The position numbers and the translations under genes were made by a program. Shown piece by piece: positions 1 through 12,643 of a DNA stretch of 64,000 nucleotides. The notes under the pieces are model-generated. The model made no database searches. It was not told where the DNA came from and worked only from the letters and a program-made list of their open reading frames with translations. The DNA comes from the human T2T-CHM13v2.0 reference genome, Homo sapiens. Where the stretch lies: NCBI RefSeq assembly GCF_009914755.1, contig NC_060934.1; one strand, given 5' to 3'. Positions within the stretch are counted from its first letter, which is position 1. Each line of letters opens with the position of its first letter.

Positions 1-1272
1 AAGGAACTAAAAATGATGATGGTATCATTTCCACTTCTAAATTTGCAGCTTCCTTCTTTCTTATCACTAAGCCTTTATACCAATCAGATTTTAACTCGCA
101 AAGAAAGAGGGAAATATCTCCCTGTAGTAACTGGGTACGAGTGAGAAAGAGACGCAAGAATACCAGAAGCCATGCAAGCGCAGAGGAGGAACCAGAGGGC
201 AGAGGGAGTGAAGAGATGTCACAGAGGGCAGAAACCTCCATGGGAGGGCACAACAGCATGGATGGAGCATTCAGGAAAAAAGGAATGCCGTCTGGTGATG
301 GAAAAACAGAACCACCTCTGGTAGAATTAACATGGCGGTTTGTTTTTTTCACCTAAAGGTAAAAAAAGATTGAAACAGAAGAAACATTGGCGAGGCAGTT
401 CCCTGTGATGGCCATCAGAGGGTACTGTGAGTCCGGCATGGTCTAGCTGCTGTCAAACTTCAGAAAATGGATAAATGGGTGGTGAAATAATTTGAAAACA
501 GTCCTTGTAACTGCATGTGCAACATTTAAAAACTTTGCTTCTAGGATTACTTAGGAATTCTCTTTTAACAAAATGAAAATAATGTATAAAAGATCTTTGT
601 GGGAACTGTGCATTACCTACATTTAAAATAGTTTTAAAGGGTTTCCTACTTTTCTAGATGGACAGATTAAGAGTACTGTAGTAACAGTGCCTTAGATTCG
701 TATGGCAATTCTTGCCAAAACCACCAAAATAATGTTCACTTTTATCGTTATGTAATGTTTATGTACCCAGTACTGTGCAAATAATGCAAAAGATAAGTAG
801 ATGCATGTAGTCTCTATCTGTCCTCTATTTAAACTTCTTTTAGGAATTTAAAACCTGGTAGGGAGACTAGAAGTACATATAATAACTTGCACTTATTCAA
901 TGCAATTAGTGACTTGAGAGTTCAGATAAAGAAGAGAACATTATTCTGCTACGTTAGTCTGACAAAGCTTTCTGGAAGGGTCCATCTTGATGGAGGTATA
1001 GGATTTAACTATGTATAGAAAAAGCAAGGCCCACTCTAGGCAGGGGTACTGCCTAAGCCAACATCAGAAGGAAATGTGTACAACCCCTGATTAGTGCCAA
1101 AAAGACCAGATTGCACTAGGGAATGGAGAAAGAGTTAGAAAAATGAAACAGTATCTGTGAAAATCTTTACCTCTGGGAAATCTGAAGTATCCTAATAAAT
1201 AACAGTGTATCATAATTTCATAAACTAGAGAAGCCATAATAAAATTTTGTCTTTTAAAAAGCTTTAAGGTTT

Positions 1273-2457
<1,185 letters not shown>

Positions 2458-2718
2458 CCAGAAGCCATTGAAGGGGAATAGCATGATCAGCAACAGAAAA
2501 GACTGGGAGTGAGTATAAATACAGAAATTAAGTAAAATTTCATCAGAGTTAAGACAGGTATCTTAACAGAAGTCACATGGAGGTTTTCCAGTTTAGGAGA
2601 ACTTACAGTTAAGCTATATTATTTCCAATATTCATCTGGCACAGACTTGGCAATATATTTTACAGCATAGAAAATGAAGGTGTCTATGCCTATTAAGAAG
2701 GAGAGGATTGCTTCTTAC

Positions 2719-2733
2719 CTTTGGACTGCTGGC
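2719..2733 (-). CDS. ARHGAP12: ARHGAP12 15-nt coding microexon (ASSPK)
   Basis: Minus strand TTTTTTTCCTCAG|GCC AGC AGT CCA AAG|GTAAGA; strong acceptor and donor; peptide continues ...KHQDT-ASSPK as in the recalled ARHGAP12 protein. Confidence 0.9.
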
Positions 2734-3050
2734 CTGAGGAAAAAAAGAGTAAAGTATAATGTCATAGTATTGTCTGGGAATTTTATATTTATTTTTAAAA
2801 ACAAATATAAGTTCATCACTTAAAAATATGGTATATAATTTAATCATGTAAGATACCATATTTTAAACAAAAGGGGGACTTTTAAATCAATAAAATCTGA
2901 TTGTTAAACTTATTTTGATTGTGATTTTTTAGAAAAACCAATGAAATTTAATAGAAGCTCATTTAAACATTACATTAAGAGTAAATTAACTTGCTAAAAT
3001 TGATTGAAATAACTGGACTACATTATAAGATATGCTTCTATCATACTAAC

Positions 3051-3125
3051 TGTATCTTGGTGCTTTGGTGAGGAGGGAGAAGACTCATTTTCAGGAAAGC
3101 AGGGTTTTGAGGCAGTTGGAGATTC
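3051..3125 (-). CDS. ARHGAP12: ARHGAP12 coding exon, 75 nt (ESPTASKPCFPENESSPSSPKHQDT), linker before PH domain
   Basis: TTCTTGTAG|GAATCT...GATACA|GTTAGT; 25 open codons matching ARHGAP12. Confidence 0.93.
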
Positions 3126-4774
3126 CTACAAGAAATAAGTAATGAAAAAAGTTACTCTATTTTATATAATTATATTTCTGCCTCTACTCACAGTGGGAGA
3201 GCTTAGTAAGAGAGAATAACAAATTTTTTCCTCGTTATTTTCGTTCTATATTCAGCTCCAAGCTAATAAGGTAATGATTTTAAAACTACAAACGTTATTA
3301 AAAGTTTATAAAATATGGTGCTTTTTATAGCAATTACAGTTAAATTTAAATAATGCATATGGAATTACTCAAAAGAAATGATACAAGCTGCCTTAAAATC
3401 ATGATGTTATATCAGTTTGAATTAACCATATTAAAATAAGTAAAACCTAAACACTTCTGGATAAATAAGTTATAATCATGATACTAACTTGCTCTTGGTA
3501 TGGTAAGTATAAATACCCAGGATTAGGCAAGGTCACAGAAATACCTTAGCAAATGCCAGAATGAGAATTTAATTTTAGTCAAAAGCTATATAAGAAATTA
3601 AATTGCTATTAGTATTTAAGGTAATTTACAGAAAACTTTCCAAAAATTAGAAATAAGATATTTTAAATTCAAGAAAGAAACCTACGATTTAAATATTAAT
3701 AACTCCCCAGAAAAAAAAAATTTAATGTCTAAGCCTACAAGAGTATCATAAGACCAAACCAATAACGTGTTTTTTTTTTAAGCAGTCTGCTTTGTCAATA
3801 TTAAAACACAGAATATGATTTCTATTACAGATGTTGATAGGACTATTCATGGAGGGTAAGACTGAAAAACTTTTTTTTGGTAGCAGTAGCCCACCTCCAC
3901 TTAAATTTTCTCCATTTCCTTAGATGTTTTGAATAATTTCAGAAAAAGAGAATTTTTTAAATCATACACCATTACCTATTATTAATTTGTTTCTATCAAA
4001 CCAAAAAGTTCCTTTGAACATTCATCTCCACGTAGGTATCATTCTAGTTTTCTATGTCTATAAACCTGGAGAAGGTGCTGTCAACCAACCTGGGAATTTG
4101 TTTTAAGTAACACTTGCAAAAAAACTATTAACTCAACATTTACTGATTTGGAAAAATGTCTTCGGGTTTATATCCCACACAATTTGTAAATACAGAAACT
4201 AGTAGCAGTGAAAGTTTACATGGAAGCCCTTGAAGGGACAAGTTTATAAATCAAACAAGGTACTATTAATGGAGAAAATATTAAAATCACATTGAATAAA
4301 AAACTTCAAAAAAATTTAACTTAAGATCCAAATCTCACTTAAGTATTTTTTTCTGACAACTTCAGATCAATTTTTGATTCCTAAGACTGTCTGATAGTAA
4401 AACAGTATGAGAAAGATGGAAGATCTGATGATTCATAAAGTAGAAAATAAGTAACTGAATAAAATGATAATTATATTTTTCATAGCACATTCAGTCCCAC
4501 AGAAATAAAAACCACAAATACAGTAATAACATATGTACAATTATAACTATTATAAACAAGAAATAATTTTACATGTATACATTTATCTATATTTAGATAT
4601 ATGCATATAAATATACACCTTATACATCTATGAATTGTTTTAGTAAAAACAGAAAAAAAAGGCAGAAACAGATGCATTCACACATACACACACAGACATA
4701 CGGCTACCCTTCCAAGGTTATCTGTAAACTGAATTAGGACCTATGTCATCACAACAACATTTGCTATACAATAA

Positions 4775-5201
4775 TAGATGGTCCTTGACTTATGATTGTT
4801 CAACTTTAAGGTGATGGGAAAGTGATAGGCATTCACTAGAAAACATACTTGAAATTTTGATCTTTTCCTGGGCTAACAATATTCAATATGACACTCTCTC
4901 ATGATGCTGCACAGAGGCATCTAGCCCCAGCTTCCAGTCAGCCACCTGATTACCAGGGTAAACAGATTACAACGGTAAATAATTGATATTCTACAGTGTA
5001 CCATGTTACTGAATGATTTTGCCCCACTGTAGGTTAATGTAAATGTTCAGAGCACATTTAAGGTAGGCTAGGCTAAGCCATGATGTACAGTGGGTTAGGT
5101 GTATTACATGCATTTCACCTTGTGGTATTTTCAATTAATGGTATTTTCAACTTATGTGGGTTTACTGGGATATAACCTCACCCTAAGTTGCAGAGCATCT
5201 G
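4775..5201 (-). mobile_element. MER47B-like TcMar-Tigger DNA transposon
   Basis: Terminal inverted repeats (t)agatggtccttgactta / taagttgcagagcatctg followed by TA; internal ggctaggctaagc...ggttaggtgtatta motif. Confidence 0.75.
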
Positions 5202-6874
5202 TATTAGGTTGCTGTGATTACAATTCAGGTTATACACACTTCATCCCTTATCACATATTAGCTAGTTTGTTCTGGTAGTCAGTCCCTTTTTCAAAACCTA
5301 AAATACTGCCTTATGTTAAGAAACTTATGCATCTGTTTGCAAAGGGTAAGGTAGAGGGTAAAAAAGACATTTCTACCAAAAATAAGTAAATCTCTAATCG
5401 CAAAAAAATCATATTCTTGCAACTCTGGGACAATGAGATGAAAGCATGCAAGTTATTTAAAGCAAGAGATTGAAAATTAATTTTAAAAAATGAATTGAGA
5501 GATTAAAAAGGAGTAAGATTGTTTGACATTTTATGATGTCGAAAAAAAGAAAAAGGAGTAAGAAATTTTAAGCATAAATTATCAAAATAATCATCCTATT
5601 TGTTCTGGTATGAAGAGGCGGTAGAGTTGGTTCAACAATGGTTTGACTTAGAACAGTATATATGGTATTTGGGAGATTCCTATTTATCCTGAATTGTAAT
5701 CTGGTTCTTGGTTGAGTGAATTTTTCCTATTAGAAATCTCTAGGTATTTTTCTTACCTAGATTAATCTCAACACTAATATATTTTCAAGCATATCTTCAA
5801 TAGCACAGACTCCAGAATGTCATTCCTTTAATGTGGTCTCTATATTCAACACAAGATCCTTACAAACTAGAAACTAGAAACTGGTCTGTTACTTTCGTTG
5901 TTTTCTATTAGTCCATCTTATACACATGTATGAAGGCTGTTTCTAACACTACACCTTTAAATTCAACAAAGACCAATTTTATAGTAACTTGTAGTACCAA
6001 AATATTATGCTTGTTATGACTGATAAATTGAGATTATTTATAAAGGAATTTAGGACTGAAAGTATCCAAACATAATGAAATATGCCATAGGGATAGTTAA
6101 TTCTGTTTTCATGAACACACCTAAAAATTACAGAAAAACTGTTAGTCATGCTACAAGAAGCCTGATGATTTAAAAAACCTTTACATTTCAAAATCAATAT
6201 ACCTAATATTCTGCAAATTCATACTAAGTTCCCAACTTATCCCCAAAATGAAGCTACACTGTGAATAAGTAACCTCTAAAGAAGTGTTTAAAACATCCAT
6301 TCTAATGTTTGCATTAAAATTTACCCGTTTTTGAAACAGAGGACATTACTCCTCAGACTGATAAAAGAAGTGCTTTCTGCAGAGAGCATTTAGAGAAACA
6401 AAGGGAATAGAATTCCAATATTACCTGGGATGAGGAAAATTAATTAAATGTCTTCCCTATGAAACCTCCTAGAGACTGAAGACAAAGGATAACAGAATGT
6501 GACTTTAAAATAAGGTAAGCAAGAAAAATCTGTCACCTACTGGGATCAAATGTATCAAGGTACACACATCAGTAAGCTACAGATAAGTCAGTCTATTGTG
6601 CAAAAACCAAAACCCTCAAAACCAAAACCTACTTCATGACAAACTGATGCTAAATACATAAAAATGTAGTCACTAAAGTATGCAATTTGGTAAAAGAAAC
6701 AATAATGTAGTAACATTTCAACATACATGCAGATCAAAAGCTTAAATTAGTTCAAAAGAAATCAAATGTTTTAGCAAAGAATATTTACTAAATACATAAA
6801 ATATTAGTACGAATAGTTACAATTCACTGTACAATATAATGCAAAGAACTTGCCAAAAATCTCAACAGTCCTAC

Positions 6875-7000
6875 CTTATCATTAGTGTCCAATACAATGG
6901 TGCTATGTCTCCACTTTGTTAATACTATTGGTTCTTGCAGCCGCCTGTCCAGGCTCCTACTTTTAATTATTTCTCTTTGCTGCTGGGATGAAGCATTATA
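6875..7000 (-). CDS. ARHGAP12: ARHGAP12 coding exon, 126 nt (YNASSQQQREIIKSRSLDRRLQEPIVLTKWRHSTIVLDTNDK)
   Basis: TTTGTTTTAG|TATAAT...GATAAG|GTAGGA; 42 open codons. Confidence 0.95.
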
Positions 7001-7169
7001 CTAAAACAAAACAAAGCAAAAAACACAAAAAACAGTTCATAAACAATAGAAATGAAAGTGGAATCTAAACATCTTGGCTCCAAATGACAAAGACTGTTAG
7101 GCGAAGTTCATTATATGACATCTCCACAAATTTTCCAGCCTCAGTTTTCTCATCTTTAACCAGAACTGT

Positions 7170-7382
7170 GGCACAATTGAGAAGATCACAGACTCTGGTG
7201 TTACACAGACCAAGGTAGTGTTATCTTTGGTAAAATATTTAATCTCCCTCAGTCTAAGTTTTGTCAACTGTAAAGTGGATATAACAGAAATATCTCATTC
7301 ACGGAGTTGCTATAAAGATCAAAGTATTAAAGAAGAAAGTATTAAAAGAGTAGTATATTATCAATAAATATTAACTATCATA
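7170..7382 (+). mobile_element. MIR SINE
   Basis: MIR core-like tttaatctccctcagtctaagttttgtcaactgtaaagtgg and tcaataaatattaacta end. Confidence 0.55.
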
Positions 7383-7494
7383 ATTTATAAAGTAAAATCA
7401 GACAAATTATTTTTTCTACTTCTATCTCTTCTACTAAAATCAAAAATAAGCATTATTTTAAAAACCTAAACCAAAAATTAAATTCAAAATGAAC

Positions 7495-8880
7495 TAGTAA
7501 GTTCTTTACATGTTCTGGATTCTAAACCTTTCTAGGCTATGTGAGTTGAAGATATCTTTTCCTAGTTTGTAGCCCATCTTCTCCCCTTTGATTACATCTT
7601 CTACAAAGAGAAGGTGTTTTGTTTAATTTTAATTCAGTCATATCTGTCAATCTTTCCTTTTATAGTAGGCTTCTGAGTCTTGTTCAAGAAATCTTTCCTA
7701 CTCTGCAGACAAAGATATTCTTTGATATATCTTTCCACAGTCTTTAAAGTTTTACTTGTTATATTTATGTCTTTAATCTAACTGAAATTAATCATTGAGC
7801 ATGAAGTGAGGTCAAGATCTACATTTATTTTCATTTTTATCATGTGAAAACCAATAATCTTAGTAACATTCTTACTTAGTCCATGCTTACCCCATTGATT
7901 TGTTTTCTTTTTAGTTGTTGTTGCAGCATCTCAGATGACACAAACCAATGCTTGTTTGTTTGTTGAGACAGGGTCCCTCTCTGGTCACCCAGGCTGGAGC
8001 GCAGTGGCATGATCAGAGCTCACTGCAACCTTGAACTTCTGGGCTCAAGAGATGTTCCTGTCCCAGCCATTTGAGTAGCTGGGACTACAAGTACATGCCA
8101 GCACACTTGGCTTTTTTTTTTTTTTTTTGTAGAGCCAAAGTCTCCCTAACCCCATTGATTTGTAATGCCATGTCTGAGTTTTATACATGTGCCCTTACTA
8201 TTCCAACTTAATTACCATAGCAGGAACTCTATCTCTCCTGTCCCCTACCCACCAACGACTCCCTATTCAGGAATATTTTGACTCTTTATGGATATCTGTT
8301 TGCAAATATAAATTTTAGGTTCCATTCCCCAAAAAAGTGAGGGAAGGGATATTAAATGGAAATGCATTGGACTTGTAGATTAATTTGGACATTGTTATAA
8401 AATTCAGCCTCCCAATCCAAGATCATGATGGTATGCTACACTATTTATTTGGGTCTTCCTTTATTCTGCTCTGAAAATTTCTTTATTAAAATCTTACAGA
8501 CCTTTAATAAACATGTTCTTAGTTACAACTCTTGTTGCTACTGCTGCTAATGTAAATAGTATCTTCACTGCAATCACATTTTCAAACTCACTTTTTACTA
8601 GACAAATGGGTAGTTTCATGTTAATTTCATATCCAGCAACTTTGCTGAACTCTCATCAGTTTTAAGTTTATAGGTTCTCTTGGGATTTTCTAATAATAAC
8701 AATAATTTAAAAAAACAATTGCATCTCTTCCTTTTTAATTCCATTATTTCTTTCCTTTTCTTAATTGTTGAATAGAAGCGTGATAGAAATGTTCTAGTCT
8801 AGTTCCTAACTCTAATGGGAAAGCTTCTGTAATCTCACCGTGAAGTATGAGATTTACTGCAGATTATTTAATAGATAAAC
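7495..8880 (-). mobile_element. Old L1M fragment (ORF2 3' region), interrupted by an Alu
   Basis: Antisense L1 motifs (gttctttacatgttctggat, aagaaatctttcctact, tatccagcaactttgctgaactctc, taatgggaaagcttct). Confidence 0.6.
7951..8148 (-). mobile_element. 5'-truncated AluJ
   Basis: Right arm plus linker; exact 15-bp TSD accccattgatttgt at 7889-7903 and 8149-8163. Confidence 0.85.
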
Positions 8881-8916
8881 TTTAGCATAATGTGTCATTG
8901 TAAGAAAGTGATTTTC

Positions 8917-9220
8917 ATCTGGGCTCGGTGGCTCACGCCTGTAATCCCAACACTTTGGGAGGCTGAGATGGGTGGATCACCTGAGGTCAGGAATTTGAGA
9001 CCAGCCTGGCCAACATGGTAAAAGCCTGTCTCTACTAAAAATACAAAAATTAGCCAGGTTTGGTGGTGCATTGCTATAGGCCTAGCTACTCAAAAGGCTG
9101 AGGCACAAGAATAGCTTGAATCTGGGAGGTGGAAGCTGCAGCGAACCGAAATTTCACCACTGCACTCCAGCTTGGGCGACAGAGTGATAGTCTGTCTCAA
9201 AAAAATAAAGAAAGAAAGAA
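8917..9220 (+). mobile_element. AluS (Sx/Sz-like)
   Basis: Full dimer, A tail, approximate TSD aagaa(t)agtgattt. Confidence 0.92.
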
Positions 9221-9224
9221 TAGT

Positions 9225-11330
9225 GATTTCCTTACAGAAGCATATTCTTGGATCACAGTGATTTAATATCCATTTTGCAAATCTTTTAACAGGTGTGTTT
9301 AGAGCATTTACATTTAATGTGATTATTTATAATGTTAGGATTTAAGTCTGGCATTTTATCATTAATTGTCTGTTTCTCCTTTCCTACCGTCCTGTGGGCT
9401 ACTTGAGCAATTTTTACTATTATATTTTAATATATCTACAGTTTCTTGAGCCTCTCGTTATACTTTTTTAGTGCTTGCTCTAGGGATTACAATATACATA
9501 ATTTATCAGTCTACTAGTATCAACATTTTACTACTTCAAGTGGAATATAGAAACCCTACCAAAAATTACATCCCTTTACTCACTCACTCTTTATGAAACA
9601 GTTGTCTTAAATATCACTACTGTATATCAGGACTACTTCAGGAATGTTATAATTTTTGTTTCAAATGTCAAAGACAATTTTAAACACCCAGGACAAAAGT
9701 CTCCTCAGATATTCACCCTTTCTGTTGTTCTTTATTCATTCCTGATATTGCAAGTTTTCTTATCACTTCCCTTCTGTTTGAAAGACTTCCTACAGCAACT
9801 CTTTGAAAGCAAGACTGCTAGGGATAAATCTCTTAGTTTAGTTTCATTCTGAAAATGTCCTTATATTACTTTTATTCCTGAAGGATATTTTTGCTGGGTG
9901 CAGAAGGGTTCACAGTTCTTTTCTTCTAGCATTTGAAAAATGTTATGCCACTTCTTTCTGGCTTCCATGGCTTCTGATAAGGCACTCACTTCATTCAAAT
10001 TATTATCCTAAAGGTAAAGTGTTGTTTCACTGAAGGGCTTTCAAGACTTTATCAGGGGGAGGGAGGGTCTTTAGTTTTCAGAAATTTTGAATACAATGAG
10101 CCTGGATATGGATTTCTTTGGGTTTACCTTATCTGGTGTTTATTCAGCTTCTTGAGTCTGTTGGTTTGTCTTTTGCCAAATTGGGGGCATTTTCAAACTA
10201 CTTCTTCAAAGTATCTTTCTGCCTCACACTCTTTCCTTTCTCCTTCTGGAACTCCAATGAAAGGAAGGTTAGCTCTTTCGTATTTTCCCACAGGTCTCTG
10301 AGGCACTGTTCATTTTTTTTTTTTTTTTTTTTTTTGGAAATCTATTGTCTCTCCATTGTTCAGACTAAATAATTTCTACTAACCTATCTTCAAGATCATA
10401 GATTCTCTTCTCTTTTACCTCCATTCCATTATTGAGCCATCCAGTACTTGATTTTTGGCTCTAGGATTTCCCTTTGGTTTTTCTGTATATCTTCTATTTC
10501 TTTGCTGAGACTTCCAACCTCTTCACTTATCTCAAGTGTGTTTATAATTGCTTGCTGTAGCACTTTTATGACAGCTGACTTAAAATCCTATGAGATAATT
10601 CATTCATCCCTGTCATCTTGGTGTGTCACCAACCTACTGATTGTCTTTTCTCATTCAAGTTCAGATTTTCCTGGTTCTTGCTATGACAAGTAATTCTAGG
10701 TCATATTTGGATGTTTTGAGTACTATAAGACTTTGGTTTCTATTTAAACATATTTTAGCAGGTTGTGAACCCCAGCCTGCTTTTATGGCCCATAGTTCAA
10801 ATGTCAATTTCATTTTAAAAATCTTTTAATTGCTGTTCTGATCTGCCCTGTTTGTGTGCTACCCAGAGGCCAGTCTGAAACCTGGGCAGTACTCCCCACC
10901 ATGTTTCAGTTCTCAAAGATTTTGCTATGTTAATTCTGGTTGTTTTCATGCATAGGCCACTGGGAGTAGTGTCTAGGACCTTATACACAGTTTAGAAATC
11001 CCTTTCTCTGGTTCCTTCCTCTCCATAATCCTCTTCCCACACTCTGCTTGGGATAGGGTGGGGTGCTGCCTTGTTGCTGTTGTCCATTTAGTGCATAGGG
11101 AGGATGCATCACAGGGTTCCTTGCATGCACTGTGGGTCTAGTCAACAGGGCTCCACCCCACAGTCTCCATAGTGCCCAGGCAGGGAGGGGGAGAGTGCTC
11201 TTTCAATAGTGCTGGTTAGGGATGGCTGACTGGGCTTCATAACATGTTCTGCACAGCACATCATGCAGAAGGATAGGCTTTTGTGGTGTTCACCTGGAAC
11301 AGAGTAGGTATAATAAACAGAGACAGTGTG
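9225..11330 (-). mobile_element. Old L1M 5'/ORF1-region fragments
   Basis: Antisense L1 motifs (catttacatttaatgtgattatt, ttcctgaaggatatttttgctggg, cagcttcttgagtctg). Confidence 0.55.
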
Positions 11331-11339
11331 CTTTACTTG

Positions 11340-11690
11340 GCTTAAAATGTTGATCATGTATTACCACAGATTTCTGGGTTGGCTAAAAACTGTCTGATCT
11401 AGAGGGGCTCATCTGCACCAGTCTGTCTCTCATCCCCCTCCTGAGACTGGGAGGCTAGCCTGGGCACATTCTTCTCGTGGCAATGGCAGAGGTGCAAGAG
11501 CAAGCCCTGACTACAAGCCCATTTCAATACTCTCCTTGTGTCATATTTGTTCATATCCCAGTGAAAGCAAGCCACACAGCTGAACTCAGTTAACGACAGG
11601 ACAATTTGGGAGGCCACCACAAAGGTACACAACAAAGAACCTAATACTAGAGTAAGAATGGATCCAGTGGTGCCATCTACTGTAGTAGGT
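11340..11690. mobile_element. MLT1-type (ERVL-MaLR) LTR fragment
   Basis: ctgggcacattcttctcgtggcaatggcagaggtgcaagag...aagcaagccacacagctgaactcag resembles old MLT1 LTRs. Confidence 0.55.
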
Positions 11691-12204
11691 GATCTGTCCT
11701 TTCCCCCTGTGACGGCTTTTAAGATTGTCTCCTGGGTTCTGAAGACCCAGCAAAATTTGTTGACATGTTGATTTATTTTTATTTATCCTTGACAGCATTC
11801 AAAGCATATTTTCTAAAGACTCATGTCTTCCTTCAATTTTAGAAAATTCCTAGAAATTATATTTTCAAATACTGTTTCCACACCATTCCTCCATTCTCTT
11901 CTTTTGGAATTCCTAATACATGAATATAGAAAACTTTCAACTCATCCTCCATTTTTCTTAACTATGCTTTCATATTTGTTAGCTTTCTGTCCCTGTCTAA
12001 AGTTTATGCTGACTGCATTTTTTATTTGAATAACTATGTTTTTTCATCTTGAAGATTTCTAATTTATTCATCATATTTACCTATTCATGTATGTTTTTAT
12101 TTTTCCTAATTTCTTGTTCTTTTTAAATGAAAGCCTTCATTTAATTCTGATCATCCACAGCATAATTTTAAGCCTTTATTAAATTATTAAGAACATTACT
12201 TTCA

Positions 12205-12643
<439 letters not shown>

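Noticed and set aside
141-356. 71-aa plus-strand ORF
   Set aside because: GTG start, no recognisable domain or splice context, antisense to the host gene; likely chance
3186-3262. GTGAGT donor-like site and possible small exon upstream of the 75-nt exon
   Set aside because: Would leave only a 66-nt intron; acceptors are weak
7923-7951. GCATTGGT start resembling tRNA-Gly in the extra sequence of the truncated Alu
   Set aside because: Similarity ends after 8 nt
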